Positions 41,758 to 50,008 of a stretch of DNA of 64,000 nt are shown here, piece after piece. Source of the DNA: an uncultured Candidatus Rokubacteria bacterium (GTDB taxonomy: Bacteria; Methylomirabilota; Methylomirabilia; Rokubacteriales; CSP1-6). The stretch spans positions 73,808 through 137,807 of the forward strand of contig CAWJDX010000010.1 in the NCBI GenBank assembly GCA_963841755.1, written 5' to 3'. Both the position numbers and the translations under genes were made by a program. The notes under the pieces were generated by a model. It saw nothing but the letters and a program-made list of their open reading frames with translations, did not search any database and was not told where the DNA came from. Position 1 is the first letter of the stretch. Each line of letters begins with the position of its first letter.

Positions 41758-42694
41758 GTGCGATTCGGCTTCTACCTGCCCACCCGCGGCGCCACCGCCG
41801 CGCCCGAGGCGCTCGAGACCCTGGTCGAGCGCGGGGAGTCGCTCGGCTTCTCCTCGGTGGTGATCGCCGATCACATCGTGTTCCCGGTCACGATCCAGTC
41901 GAAGTATCCCTACACGGTGAGCGGGGCCTTCCCCGGCCAGGGCGACGCCCTCGAGCAGCTCTCGCTCATGGCGTTCGTCGCGGGCAAGTCGCGGCGGCTG
42001 CGCCTGATCAGCAGCGTGATGATCCTGCCGCACCGCAATCCGGTGGTGACCGCCAAGATGCTCGCCACCATCGACGTGCTCTCCGGCGGGCGCGTCACGG
42101 TCGGCGTCGGGGTCGGCTGGCTGCGGGAGGAGTTCCAGGCCCTGGGCGCGCCCGACTTCGACCGGCGCGGGGCGGTGAGCGACGAGTACCTCCGCATCTT
42201 CAAGACCCTGTGGACGCAGGATCCGGCCACGTTCCACGGCGAGTTCTACCGCTTCGACCGCATCCACTGCCTGCCGCACCCGGCGCAGAAGCCGCACCCG
42301 CCGATCTGGATCGGCGGCCACAGCAAGGCCGCCCTGCGCCGGGTCGCGCGCCTGGGCGACGGCTGGCATCCGGTGGGCGCCAATCCGGCCGTCCCGCTGC
42401 GGCCGGCCGAGCTGCGCGCGGAGCTCGACGACCTGCGCCGTCTCACCGAGGCGGAGCGTCGCGACTTCTCGACCCTCACGATCTCCTACAAGGCGCCGGT
42501 CTACGATCCGGCGCAGGGCGTGGACGGGGGCGCGGAGCGGCGGCCGTTCTCGGGGAGCCAGCAGGCCATCGCCGACGACATCGGCGCCTTCGCCGGCCTC
42601 GGGGTGAGCGAGCTCATCTTCGACTTCCGCGCCGAGAGTCTCGCGCGAGAGCCTGGAGCGGATGGAGCGCTTCGCCCCCTTGATCCGCTCCTGA
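41758..42694 (+). CDS. LLM-class F420-dependent oxidoreductase (2 of a tandem pair), one apparent frameshift near 42645
   Basis: GTG start: RFGFYLPTRGA…VVIADHIVFP…GVGVGWLREEF…KPHPPIWIGGHS…. After the shift it ends …LERMERFAPLIRS* (TGA 42692-42694). Confidence 0.75.
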
Positions 42695-42695
42695 C

Positions 42696-42718
42696 CCCTC
42701 TCCCCTCCGGGGAGAGGG
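42696..42718. repeat. REP-like hairpin, family B (CCCTCTCCCC tcc GGGGAGAGGG followed by CAGGGTGGGGGG) at a convergent gene junction
   Basis: 10-bp perfect stem starting 2 nt after the LLM stop. Same core as 33677-33699. Confidence 0.65.
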
Positions 42719-42740
42719 CAGGGTGGGGGGAGGGGTGGGG

Positions 42741-43598
42741 CTACCCCCGCGGATCCAGCAGGTCCCGCAGCCCGTCGCCCAGCAGGTTCGCCCCCAGCAC
42801 CACCAGCGAGATCGCGACGCCGGGAATCGTGGCGAGCCACCACGCGTTCGAGAGATAGTCCCGCCCCTCGGCCAGCATCAGCCCCCACGAGGGCCGGGGC
42901 GCCTGGATGCCCATGCCGAGAAAGCTGAGCCCCGACTCCAGCAGCACCATGGTCGCGAACTGGCTCGAGCCGAGCACCAGGATCGGCGCGATCGTGTTGG
43001 GCAGGATGTGGCGGGCGATGATCCGGAGATCGCTGGCCCCCAGGGTGTAGGCGGCCTCCACGTACTCGAGGCGGCGGATGGTGAGCACGCTCGCGCGCAC
43101 CGTGCGCGCGTAGAGCACCCAGCCGCTCAGCGCGAGCACGCCGACCAGCGCGCCCGGGCTCGTGCCGATGACCGCCACGAGCGCGATGGCGAGCATGATC
43201 ACCGGGAACGCGAGCTGCACGTCGGCCGCCCGCATCAGCAGGCCGTCGAGCCGCTCGCCGGCCGAGCCCGCCACCAGGCCCACCAGGATGCCCACGAGCG
43301 CGGCGATGAGCACCGAGACGGTGGCCAGCGCCAGCGAGATCCGCCCCCCATGCAGCACGCGGGCGAAGATGTCGCGCCCCAGGTTGTCGGTGCCGAGCAC
43401 GTGCGCCGAGGTGCCGCCCAGGCCCCACGGCGGCGCGAGGCGCCGGCTGAAGGACGGCTTCACCGGATCGCTCGACGCGAGCAGGGGGGCGAGGACGCTC
43501 GCGAGCACCACCAGGGCCAGGAGCACGCCGCCCACGAGGGCGGGCGGGCTCAGGCGGCCGGCGTGCCGCGCCGCCTCGGCGGCGACCGGCGCGCTCAC
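42741..43598 (-). CDS. ABC transporter permease (DppC/OppC-like)
   Basis: The GTG start overlaps the upstream stop (GTGA at 43595-43598). Contains …HVLGTDNLGRDIFARVLHG…EAAYTLGASDLRIIARHILP…. Confidence 0.9.
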   Translation of the reverse strand: MSAPVAAEAARHAGRLSPPALVGGVLLALVVLASVLAPLLASSDPVKPSFSRRLAPPWGLGGTSAHVLGTDNLGRDIFARVLHGGRISLALATVSVLIAALVGILVGLVAGSAGERLDGLLMRAADVQLAFPVIMLAIALVAVIGTSPGALVGVLALSGWVLYARTVRASVLTIRRLEYVEAAYTLGASDLRIIARHILPNTIAPILVLGSSQFATMVLLESGLSFLGMGIQAPRPSWGLMLAEGRDYLSNAWWLATIPGVAISLVVLGANLLGDGLRDLLDPRG

Positions 43599-44515
43599 GA
43601 GTAGCGGATCCGGGGATCGATCACGGTGTAGAGCAGGTCCACCAGCAGGTTGATCACCACGAAGATGGTGGCGGACAGGATCAGCACCGTCTGCACCACC
43701 GGGAAATCGCGGAAGAAGATCGCGTCCACCACCAGCTTGCCCATGCCGGGCCACGCGAACACCGACTCGGTGATGACCGCGCCGCCCAGCAGGGTGCCGA
43801 TCTGCAGCCCCAGCACGGTGAGCAGCGGCACCGCCGCGTTGCGGAGCGCGTGCCGGAGGATGACCGCGCGCTCGGCCAGGCCCTTGGCGCGGCCGGTGCG
43901 GATGAAGTCGCGCCCGAGGATCTCGAGCATGCTCGAGCGGGTGAGGCGCGCCACCAGGGCCATCGGGAACGCGGCGAGGGTCACCGCGGGCAGGATGAGG
44001 TGGCGCCAGCTCTCGAAGCCCGAGGTGGGCAGCCAGCGCAGCGCGACCCCGAAGAGGAGGATCAGCATGATGCCGAGCCAGAAGTTGGGCAGCGACTGGC
44101 CGAGCACCGCCAGCACCGTGCTCGCGTAGTCGTAGCCGGTGCCGCGGCGCACCGCGGCCACGATGCCGAGCGAGACCCCGACCCCCACCGTGATCAGCAG
44201 GGCCGCGAGCGCGAGCTGCACGGTGGCGGCGAGGCGCTCGACGACCACCCGCAGCGCGGGGGCGCGGTACTGGAAGGACTGGCCGAAGTCGCCCCGGAAG
44301 ACGCTCTGGAGGAACAGGCCGTACTGCACGTAGAGCGGCTCGTGCAGGCCGAGCTGGCGGTTCAGCTCGTCGACCGCGGACTGGGGCGCGCCGTCGGGCA
44401 GGAGCATCTTGGCCGGGTCGCCGGGGACGACCCGCAGGATGACGAACACCAGCACCGACACGCCCACCAGGGTCAGGGCGGACTGCCACAGCCGGCGGAG
44501 GACGTAGGCCTTCAT
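43595..44515 (-). CDS. ABC transporter permease (DppB/OppB-like)
   Basis: Intact 306 aa: MKAYVLRRLWQSALTLVGVSVLVF…GRAKGL…IDPRIRYS. Confidence 0.9.
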   Translation of the reverse strand: MKAYVLRRLWQSALTLVGVSVLVFVILRVVPGDPAKMLLPDGAPQSAVDELNRQLGLHEPLYVQYGLFLQSVFRGDFGQSFQYRAPALRVVVERLAATVQLALAALLITVGVGVSLGIVAAVRRGTGYDYASTVLAVLGQSLPNFWLGIMLILLFGVALRWLPTSGFESWRHLILPAVTLAAFPMALVARLTRSSMLEILGRDFIRTGRAKGLAERAVILRHALRNAAVPLLTVLGLQIGTLLGGAVITESVFAWPGMGKLVVDAIFFRDFPVVQTVLILSATIFVVINLLVDLLYTVIDPRIRYS

Positions 44516-44547
44516 CGTCCGCGCCCCGCGGGGCGCGCGTCACCGGG

Positions 44548-46081
44548 CTACGCGATCGCGACGTCGCTCAGCAGGACGTAGTAGTCGCGGCGCGGCTCGA
44601 AGTTCCGCAGCCGGTCGCTGGTGCCGTAGATGGCGACACTGTAGTACGGCCAGATCTCCGGCGTCTTCGTCCCACAGGATGCGCTCGAGCTCCTCGTACT
44701 TCGCCTGGCGCACCTTGGGATCCGGCACGCGCCCCTCCGCGATGAGCTGCTCGACGCGCGGGTTGTTGTAGCGGGTGAGCTTCTCGGACCCGGCCTTGGT
44801 GAACCACTGGCCGAAGTACCAGTCCGGATCGTGCGGCATGTGGGCCCAGCCGGAGAAGAACATGTCGTAGGTCCCCGCGCTCCGCTGCTCCCGCGCCGTC
44901 GCGATCTCGAGGTTCTTGATGTTGACCTTGATCCCCACCTCGCCCAGCATCGCGGCCACCGCCTGGCTGATCTCGAGCTGCTTGGGATAGAGGTCCTTCA
45001 TGAGCACGAAGTCGAGCGTCACGTTGGAGTAGCCGGCCTGCTTGAGGATCTGGCGTGCCTTTTCGGGATCGTAGGCCTTGGCCGGCAGGCTGGTGTGTCC
45101 GATCAGCCCGGGCGGGACGGGGCTGTCCACCGGCCGCGCGTAGCCCAGCAGCAGATCCTTGATGATGGCGTTGCGGTCGATCGCGAGCGAGATCGCCTGG
45201 CGCAGCCGCTGGTCCTTCACCGGCTCCTTGGCGAGCTGGAAGACCCAGCGCTGGGCCTCCACCGCGGGCACGTCGAAGACCTTGACGCCCCGGCTGCCCT
45301 TGAGGGTCTCGACCAGGTCGGGAGTGACCCGGTCGATCACGTGGATCTCGCCCGCGCGCAGGGCGGAGGCCCGGGTCGAGAGCTCGGGGATGAACCGGAA
45401 GGTGAGCTTCTCGACCCGCGGCTGGGCCGGCTTCCAGTAGCTCGGGTTGGCCGACAGCACGATGTGGTCGCCGTGCGTCCACGACACGAAGCGGAAGGGG
45501 CCGGTGCCGATCGGCTTCTGGAAGAACGCGTCCTCGTTCTTGCCCGCGCCGGGCGGCAGCATGCCCAGCATCGTGAGATGCGCGGGCAGCGAGCCGAACG
45601 GCCGCTTCGAGGTGACCACCACCGCGAAATCCCCGTCCTTCTCCACCGACTCGATATCCTGGTACACGAAGGACTTGATGAGCTTGGAGTTGTCCTTCAC
45701 GCGCCGCAGGGTGTAGAGCACGCTGTCCGCGTTGAACGGGGTGCCGTCGTGGAAGGTGACGCCCTTCCGCAGCGTGAAGCGCCAGGTGGTGTTGTTGACC
45801 GCGCGCCACGACTCGGCGAGGGCGGGCACGAACTTCGAGTCGTTGGTGACGTCCACCAGCGGATCGAACATGTGCCGGTGCACCGAGGTGGAGGAGATCG
45901 AGTAGTGGTTGGCCGGATCGAGCGTGAGCATGCGCTCGGAGAGGCCCGCCACCAGCTCGCCGCTGCGCTTGCCCTGCGCGCGGGCCGCGCGGGGAAGGCC
46001 GGCGGCGGCCAGGCCGGCCGCGCTCAGGGTCAGGAACTGTCGCCGGCCGACGGGATGCGATGCTGCCGAGGTGTCGCGCAT
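44548..46081 (-). CDS. ABC transporter substrate-binding protein, family 5, Tat signal, one apparent frameshift near 44650
   Basis: Start at MRDTSAASHPVGRRQFLTLSAAGLAAAGLPRAARA (aa 19 of ORF 44540..46135). After the shift the C-terminus is …PEIWPYYSVAIYGTSDRLRNFEPRRDYYVLLSDVAIA* (TAG 44548-44550). Confidence 0.85.
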
Positions 46082-46163
46082 GGGGTCACTCCTCCTGTGG
46101 GCCTGGGTGTATGCCATCGCCGGGCTCGCTGTCAAGGCCGCGCCGGCGCGACGGGCCCATGAG

Positions 46164-46192
46164 TTGCTCTCGCGCGCGGACCCGTCTACTCT
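46164..46192 (+). promoter_or_regulatory. Candidate sigma-70 promoter of the 46222-57935 co-directional gene array
   Basis: TTGCTC-17 nt-TACTCT, about 30 nt upstream of AAGGAG and the ATG at 46222. A divergent TTGACA (46130-46135, minus) serves the SBP operon. Confidence 0.4.
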
Positions 46193-46221
46193 ATGGCCCG
46201 TCGCTCACAAGGAGACTCGCC

Positions 46222-46428
46222 ATGCCCGAGCTGCCCCCTGAGGTCACGCTGGACGAAGTGAAGGAGCGCGCCCGCCTCGCCGGCCTGCCCATCCCGGCGA
46301 GCCGCCTGCCCATGGTGCGCGCGTTCCTGGTGAACGCGCTGCGGCCGATCCGCGCGCTCGACACCCGCACCGTGCGGACGGTCGAGCCCGCGGTGACCTT
46401 CGACGCGAAGGGCGGAGGGCCACGATGA
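46222..46428 (+). CDS. Small AtzG/GatC-like (DUF4089-type) protein, probable amidase partner subunit
   Basis: 68 aa: MPELPPEVTLDEVKERARLAGLPIPASRLPMVRAFLVNALRPIRALD…. AAGGAG is the RBS, and the gene lies immediately upstream of an amidase-signature gene. Confidence 0.55.
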   Translation: MPELPPEVTLDEVKERARLAGLPIPASRLPMVRAFLVNALRPIRALDTRTVRTVEPAVTFDAKGGGPR

Positions 46429-46468
46429 GCGCCCGGGAACCGGGCGCATCCCGGTGGGAGGTCGCGCA

Positions 46469-47860
46469 ATGACCGCCGACGAGCTCTGCTACGCGGGCAT
46501 CCGGGAGCTCGGCGGGCTCTTCCGCCGGGGCACGCTGTCGCCGGTCGACTACGCGACCGATCTGCTCGGACGCGTCGAGCGCCTCGACAAGAGCCTCAAC
46601 GCCTACGTGACGGTCACCGCGGAGCGCGCGCTCGCCGACGCCCGCGCGGCGGAGGCCGCCATCCGGCGCGGCGACGCGGGCCCCCTCGCGGGCATCCCGA
46701 TCGCCTACAAGGACCTCTACGCGACCAAGGGCATCCGCACCACCGCGGGCTCGGCGGTCCTGGGCGACTGGGTCCCGGATTTCGACTGCACCTGCGTGAC
46801 CCGGCTCCAGCAGGCGGGCATGGTGATGCTGGGCAAGCTCATCACCCACGAGTTCGCCTTCGGCATCCAGTTCCCCGGTCACCGCTTCCCGCCCGCGCGC
46901 AACCCGTGGAACGTCGATCACATCCCGGGCGGCTCCAGCAGCGGCTCGGGGGCCGCGCTCGCGGCCGGCCTCACGGTGGGCTCGCTCGGCTCCGACACCG
47001 GCGGCTCGATCCGGGGCCCGGCCGCCTTCTGCGGCATCGCCGGGCTCAAGCCCACCTACGGCCGCGTGAGCCGCGCGGGAGTGGTCACGCTCTCGTGGAC
47101 GCTCGACCACACCGGGCCCATGGCCCGCTCGGCCGAGGACTGCGCGTTCATGCTGCAGGCGCTGGCCGGCCACGATCCGGCCGATCCGGCCTCCGCGCGG
47201 GAGCCGGTGCCCGACTACCTGGCGGGTCTCGAGGGCGGCGTGAAGGGGCTCCGGGTCGGGGTGGTGCGCGACTACTTCTTCGAGCAGGTCGAGCCGGAGA
47301 CGGTGGCCGCCTTCGAGCGGGCGCTCGCCGAGCTGGGACGGCTGGGAGCCACCGTCCGCGACGTCACGATCCCCAGCATCCACGCGACGCCGTCGTTCAT
47401 GGTCATCATGCTCACCGAGGCCTTCTCCTATCACGAGCGCGACCTGCGCGAGCGCCCCGAGCTGTACGGCGACGTGCTGCGCGAGAAGCTCATGGCGGGC
47501 GGGCTCTTCCGCGCCGACGAGTACGTGCAGGCCCAGCGCCTGCGCGCCCAGATCCGCGAGGACACCGCCCGCGCGCTCGAGTCGGTGGACGTCCTGATCA
47601 CGCCCACCGCGCTCGGACCCGCGCCCGCCTTCAAGGTGGTGCTCGACCCCGACTTCCCGTTCGCCAAGTCGAACATGGGCCCGTTCAACATCACCGGGCT
47701 GCCGACCCTGGCGATCCCGACCGGCTTCTCGGCTTCCGGCCTGCCGCTCTCGATGCAGATCTCCGGCCGGCCCTTCGACGAGGCGACCGTGCTGCGGGCC
47801 GGGCACGCCTACCAGCGGGCCACCGAGTGGCACCGCCGCCGGCCGCCGGTCTCCGCATGA
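46469..47860 (+). CDS. Amidase-signature family amidase (GatA/AtzE-like)
   Basis: Intact. Contains GIPIAYKD (catalytic Lys context) and GGSSSGSGAALAAG…GSDTGGSIRGPA (AS signature). Confidence 0.9.
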   Translation: MTADELCYAGIRELGGLFRRGTLSPVDYATDLLGRVERLDKSLNAYVTVTAERALADARAAEAAIRRGDAGPLAGIPIAYKDLYATKGIRTTAGSAVLGDWVPDFDCTCVTRLQQAGMVMLGKLITHEFAFGIQFPGHRFPPARNPWNVDHIPGGSSSGSGAALAAGLTVGSLGSDTGGSIRGPAAFCGIAGLKPTYGRVSRAGVVTLSWTLDHTGPMARSAEDCAFMLQALAGHDPADPASAREPVPDYLAGLEGGVKGLRVGVVRDYFFEQVEPETVAAFERALAELGRLGATVRDVTIPSIHATPSFMVIMLTEAFSYHERDLRERPELYGDVLREKLMAGGLFRADEYVQAQRLRAQIREDTARALESVDVLITPTALGPAPAFKVVLDPDFPFAKSNMGPFNITGLPTLAIPTGFSASGLPLSMQISGRPFDEATVLRAGHAYQRATEWHRRRPPVSA

Positions 47861-47867
47861 CGACCCC

Positions 47868-48734
47868 ATGAGCACGCTGGTCGGCCTCGACGATCTGAAG
47901 GCGCACGTCGGGCGGCGCGAGAGCGCCGACGACGTCGTCACCGCGGCGCCCGCGAATCTCCTCCGGCTCACCTTCGGCCGCGACGAGCCCGAGCTGGGGC
48001 CGGGCGATCCGCTGCCGCCCGGCTGGCAGTGCCTCTACTTCCTGCCGCGCTTCGCCCCGGACGCGCTGCGGCCCGACGGCAGCCCGCTCGACACCGGGGT
48101 GATCCCGCCGATGCCGCTGCCCCGCCGCATGTTCGCGGGCGAGCGCTTCCGCTTCCACCGGCCGCTCCGCATCGGCGAGACGATTCGCCGCGAGACCGAG
48201 CTGGCCGACATCTCCACCAAGGCCGGCGGCACCGGGACCCTGGTGTTCGCCACCGTGGTCCAGCGCATCTTCACCGCCGACGGGCTCGCGATCGAGGAGG
48301 AGCGGCGGACCGTCTTCCGCGAGGAGGTGCGGGCGGGCGAGCGCAACCAGGCTCCGCGCCGCGAGCCCGCCCCGGACGACGTGCCGTGGCGCCGCCGCAT
48401 CACGCCGGATCCGGTGCTGCTCTTCCGCTTCTCCGCGCTCACGTTCAACAGCCACCGCATCCACTACGATCGGCCCTGGGCCATGGAGCGGGAGGGCTAC
48501 CCCGCTCTTGTCGTCCACGGTCCGCTCACCTCCACGCTCCTGATCGACTTCGCCCGCGACCACACCCGCGGGCGCGCCCTCGCCACCTACGAGACCCAGG
48601 CCCGCGCGCCGCTCTTCGACACCGCCGCCTTCGAGCTGCGCGGCCGCCCGTCCGCGGACGGGGGCGCCGTCGAGCTCTGGGCGGTGACTCCGGACGGCAC
48701 GGTGGCCATGAGCGCCCGCGCCGAGCTCGCCTGA
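47868..48734 (+). CDS. MaoC/HTD2-like double hot-dog (R)-specific hydratase-like protein
   Basis: Intact 288 aa: …RRMFAGERFRFHRPLRIGE… and …FSALTFNSHRIHYDRPWA…GPL…. Confidence 0.65.
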   Translation: MSTLVGLDDLKAHVGRRESADDVVTAAPANLLRLTFGRDEPELGPGDPLPPGWQCLYFLPRFAPDALRPDGSPLDTGVIPPMPLPRRMFAGERFRFHRPLRIGETIRRETELADISTKAGGTGTLVFATVVQRIFTADGLAIEEERRTVFREEVRAGERNQAPRREPAPDDVPWRRRITPDPVLLFRFSALTFNSHRIHYDRPWAMEREGYPALVVHGPLTSTLLIDFARDHTRGRALATYETQARAPLFDTAAFELRGRPSADGGAVELWAVTPDGTVAMSARAELA

Positions 48735-48767
48735 CGATCTCTCCGACGACAGAAAGGATCAGCCACG

Positions 48768-49166
48768 ATGGCCGACGAGCAACTCGAGCTTCGGATGGAC
48801 CCCGCCTCCCTCTACCGGGAGGAGACCTTCACCGATCGACGCATCGGGGTCATCCGGATGATGACGCCGGTGAAGACGGACGGCTCGATCGATCTCGGCC
48901 GCCCGATCCTCTACGTGGGGGAGGCCCAGCTGCTCTCGCCGGTGGGCGCGCTGCCGATCACCTTCGAGATCGAGGCCACCTCGCTCGGCGACGCGGCCGA
49001 GAAGTTCTCGGCCGGGGCCAAGGTGGCGGTCGAGCGGGCGATCCGCGAGCTGCAGGAGCTGCGCCGCGAGCAGTCCTCGAACATCGTGATCCCGGACCGC
49101 ATGCCGCCGGACCTGGGCGGCCGGGGCGGGAGCGGGCCGCGGGGTCCCGGCCGCATCCAGCTCTGA
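48768..49166 (+). CDS. Conserved hypothetical cytoplasmic protein
   Basis: Intact 132 aa with coding-like composition: …LYREETFTDRRIGVIRMMTPV…GALPITFEIEA…ELQELRREQSS…, Gly-rich tail. No family assigned. Confidence 0.5.
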   Translation: MADEQLELRMDPASLYREETFTDRRIGVIRMMTPVKTDGSIDLGRPILYVGEAQLLSPVGALPITFEIEATSLGDAAEKFSAGAKVAVERAIRELQELRREQSSNIVIPDRMPPDLGGRGGSGPRGPGRIQL

Positions 49167-49179
49167 GCGGGCGCCGGCC

Positions 49180-49995
49180 ATGAACCTGCTGCGTCCGGTC
49201 GACCGCTTCGTATCGGTCAACGGCCTGCGCTTCCACGTGCTCGACTGGGGCGGGGAGGGGCGCACCCCGCTGCTCCTGCTCCACGGCTTCACCGGGCACG
49301 CGCACGCCTGGGACACGCTGGCCATCGCGCTCCAGCCGCACTTCCACGTTTACGCGCTCGACCAGCGCGGGCACGGCGACAGCGACCCCGCGACCGTCTA
49401 CGGGCCGATCGCCGCGTTCGACGATCTCGAGGGCGTGGTCGACCAGCTCGGGCTCGCGCCCGCGGTCATGGTCGGCCTCTCGATGGGCGGTCGCAACGCG
49501 ATCTACTTCACGGCCAAGCGGCCGGACGCGGTGCAGAAGCTCGTCATCCTCGACATCGGCCCCGAGATCAGCAAGCGCGCCTCCCAGGCCCCGCCGGGAC
49601 CGCCGGAGCCAGAGTTCTGGGACAGCATCGAGCAGGCGGCCCAGCACCTGCTCCGCGGCAACGCGTACCCCGGCATCCACTACTACCGGTGGGTGGCCGC
49701 CTCGAGCCTGCGCCAGCAGCCGGACGGCCGTCTCGTGTGGGCGTGGCATCCGAGCGTGAAGGCGCTGCGCTCCACCGTCGAGGTGGACTGGTGGGGCCTC
49801 CTGCGGTCGATCCCGGTGCCCACGCTGGTGCTGCGCGGCGAGGAGAGCCCGATCCTCGACCGCGACGTGGCCGAGAAGATGGCGCGCGAGCTGCCGAAGG
49901 GCGCCTTCGTCGAGATTCCCCGCGCGGTCCATACCCTGCACGAGGACAACCCGGACGCGGTGCTCGCCGCGCTCCGCTCGTTCCTCGGCTTCTGA
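49180..49995 (+). CDS. Alpha/beta hydrolase
   Basis: Intact 271 aa: LLLLHGFTGHAH…MVGLSMGG (G-x-S-x-G)…HTLHEDNP. Confidence 0.85.
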   Translation: MNLLRPVDRFVSVNGLRFHVLDWGGEGRTPLLLLHGFTGHAHAWDTLAIALQPHFHVYALDQRGHGDSDPATVYGPIAAFDDLEGVVDQLGLAPAVMVGLSMGGRNAIYFTAKRPDAVQKLVILDIGPEISKRASQAPPGPPEPEFWDSIEQAAQHLLRGNAYPGIHYYRWVAASSLRQQPDGRLVWAWHPSVKALRSTVEVDWWGLLRSIPVPTLVLRGEESPILDRDVAEKMARELPKGAFVEIPRAVHTLHEDNPDAVLAALRSFLGF

Positions 49996-50008
49996 TCGGA
50001 GAATCCCC

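Noticed and set aside
40747-42858. 703-aa ORF suggesting a fused double-LLM protein with a C-terminal extension
   Set aside because: These are two separate LLM genes (typical …VMPHFK* end restored by removing one base, then a new GTG start at 41758). The tail is a read-through of the REP-B hairpin (…PLPSGERAGWGEGWG…).
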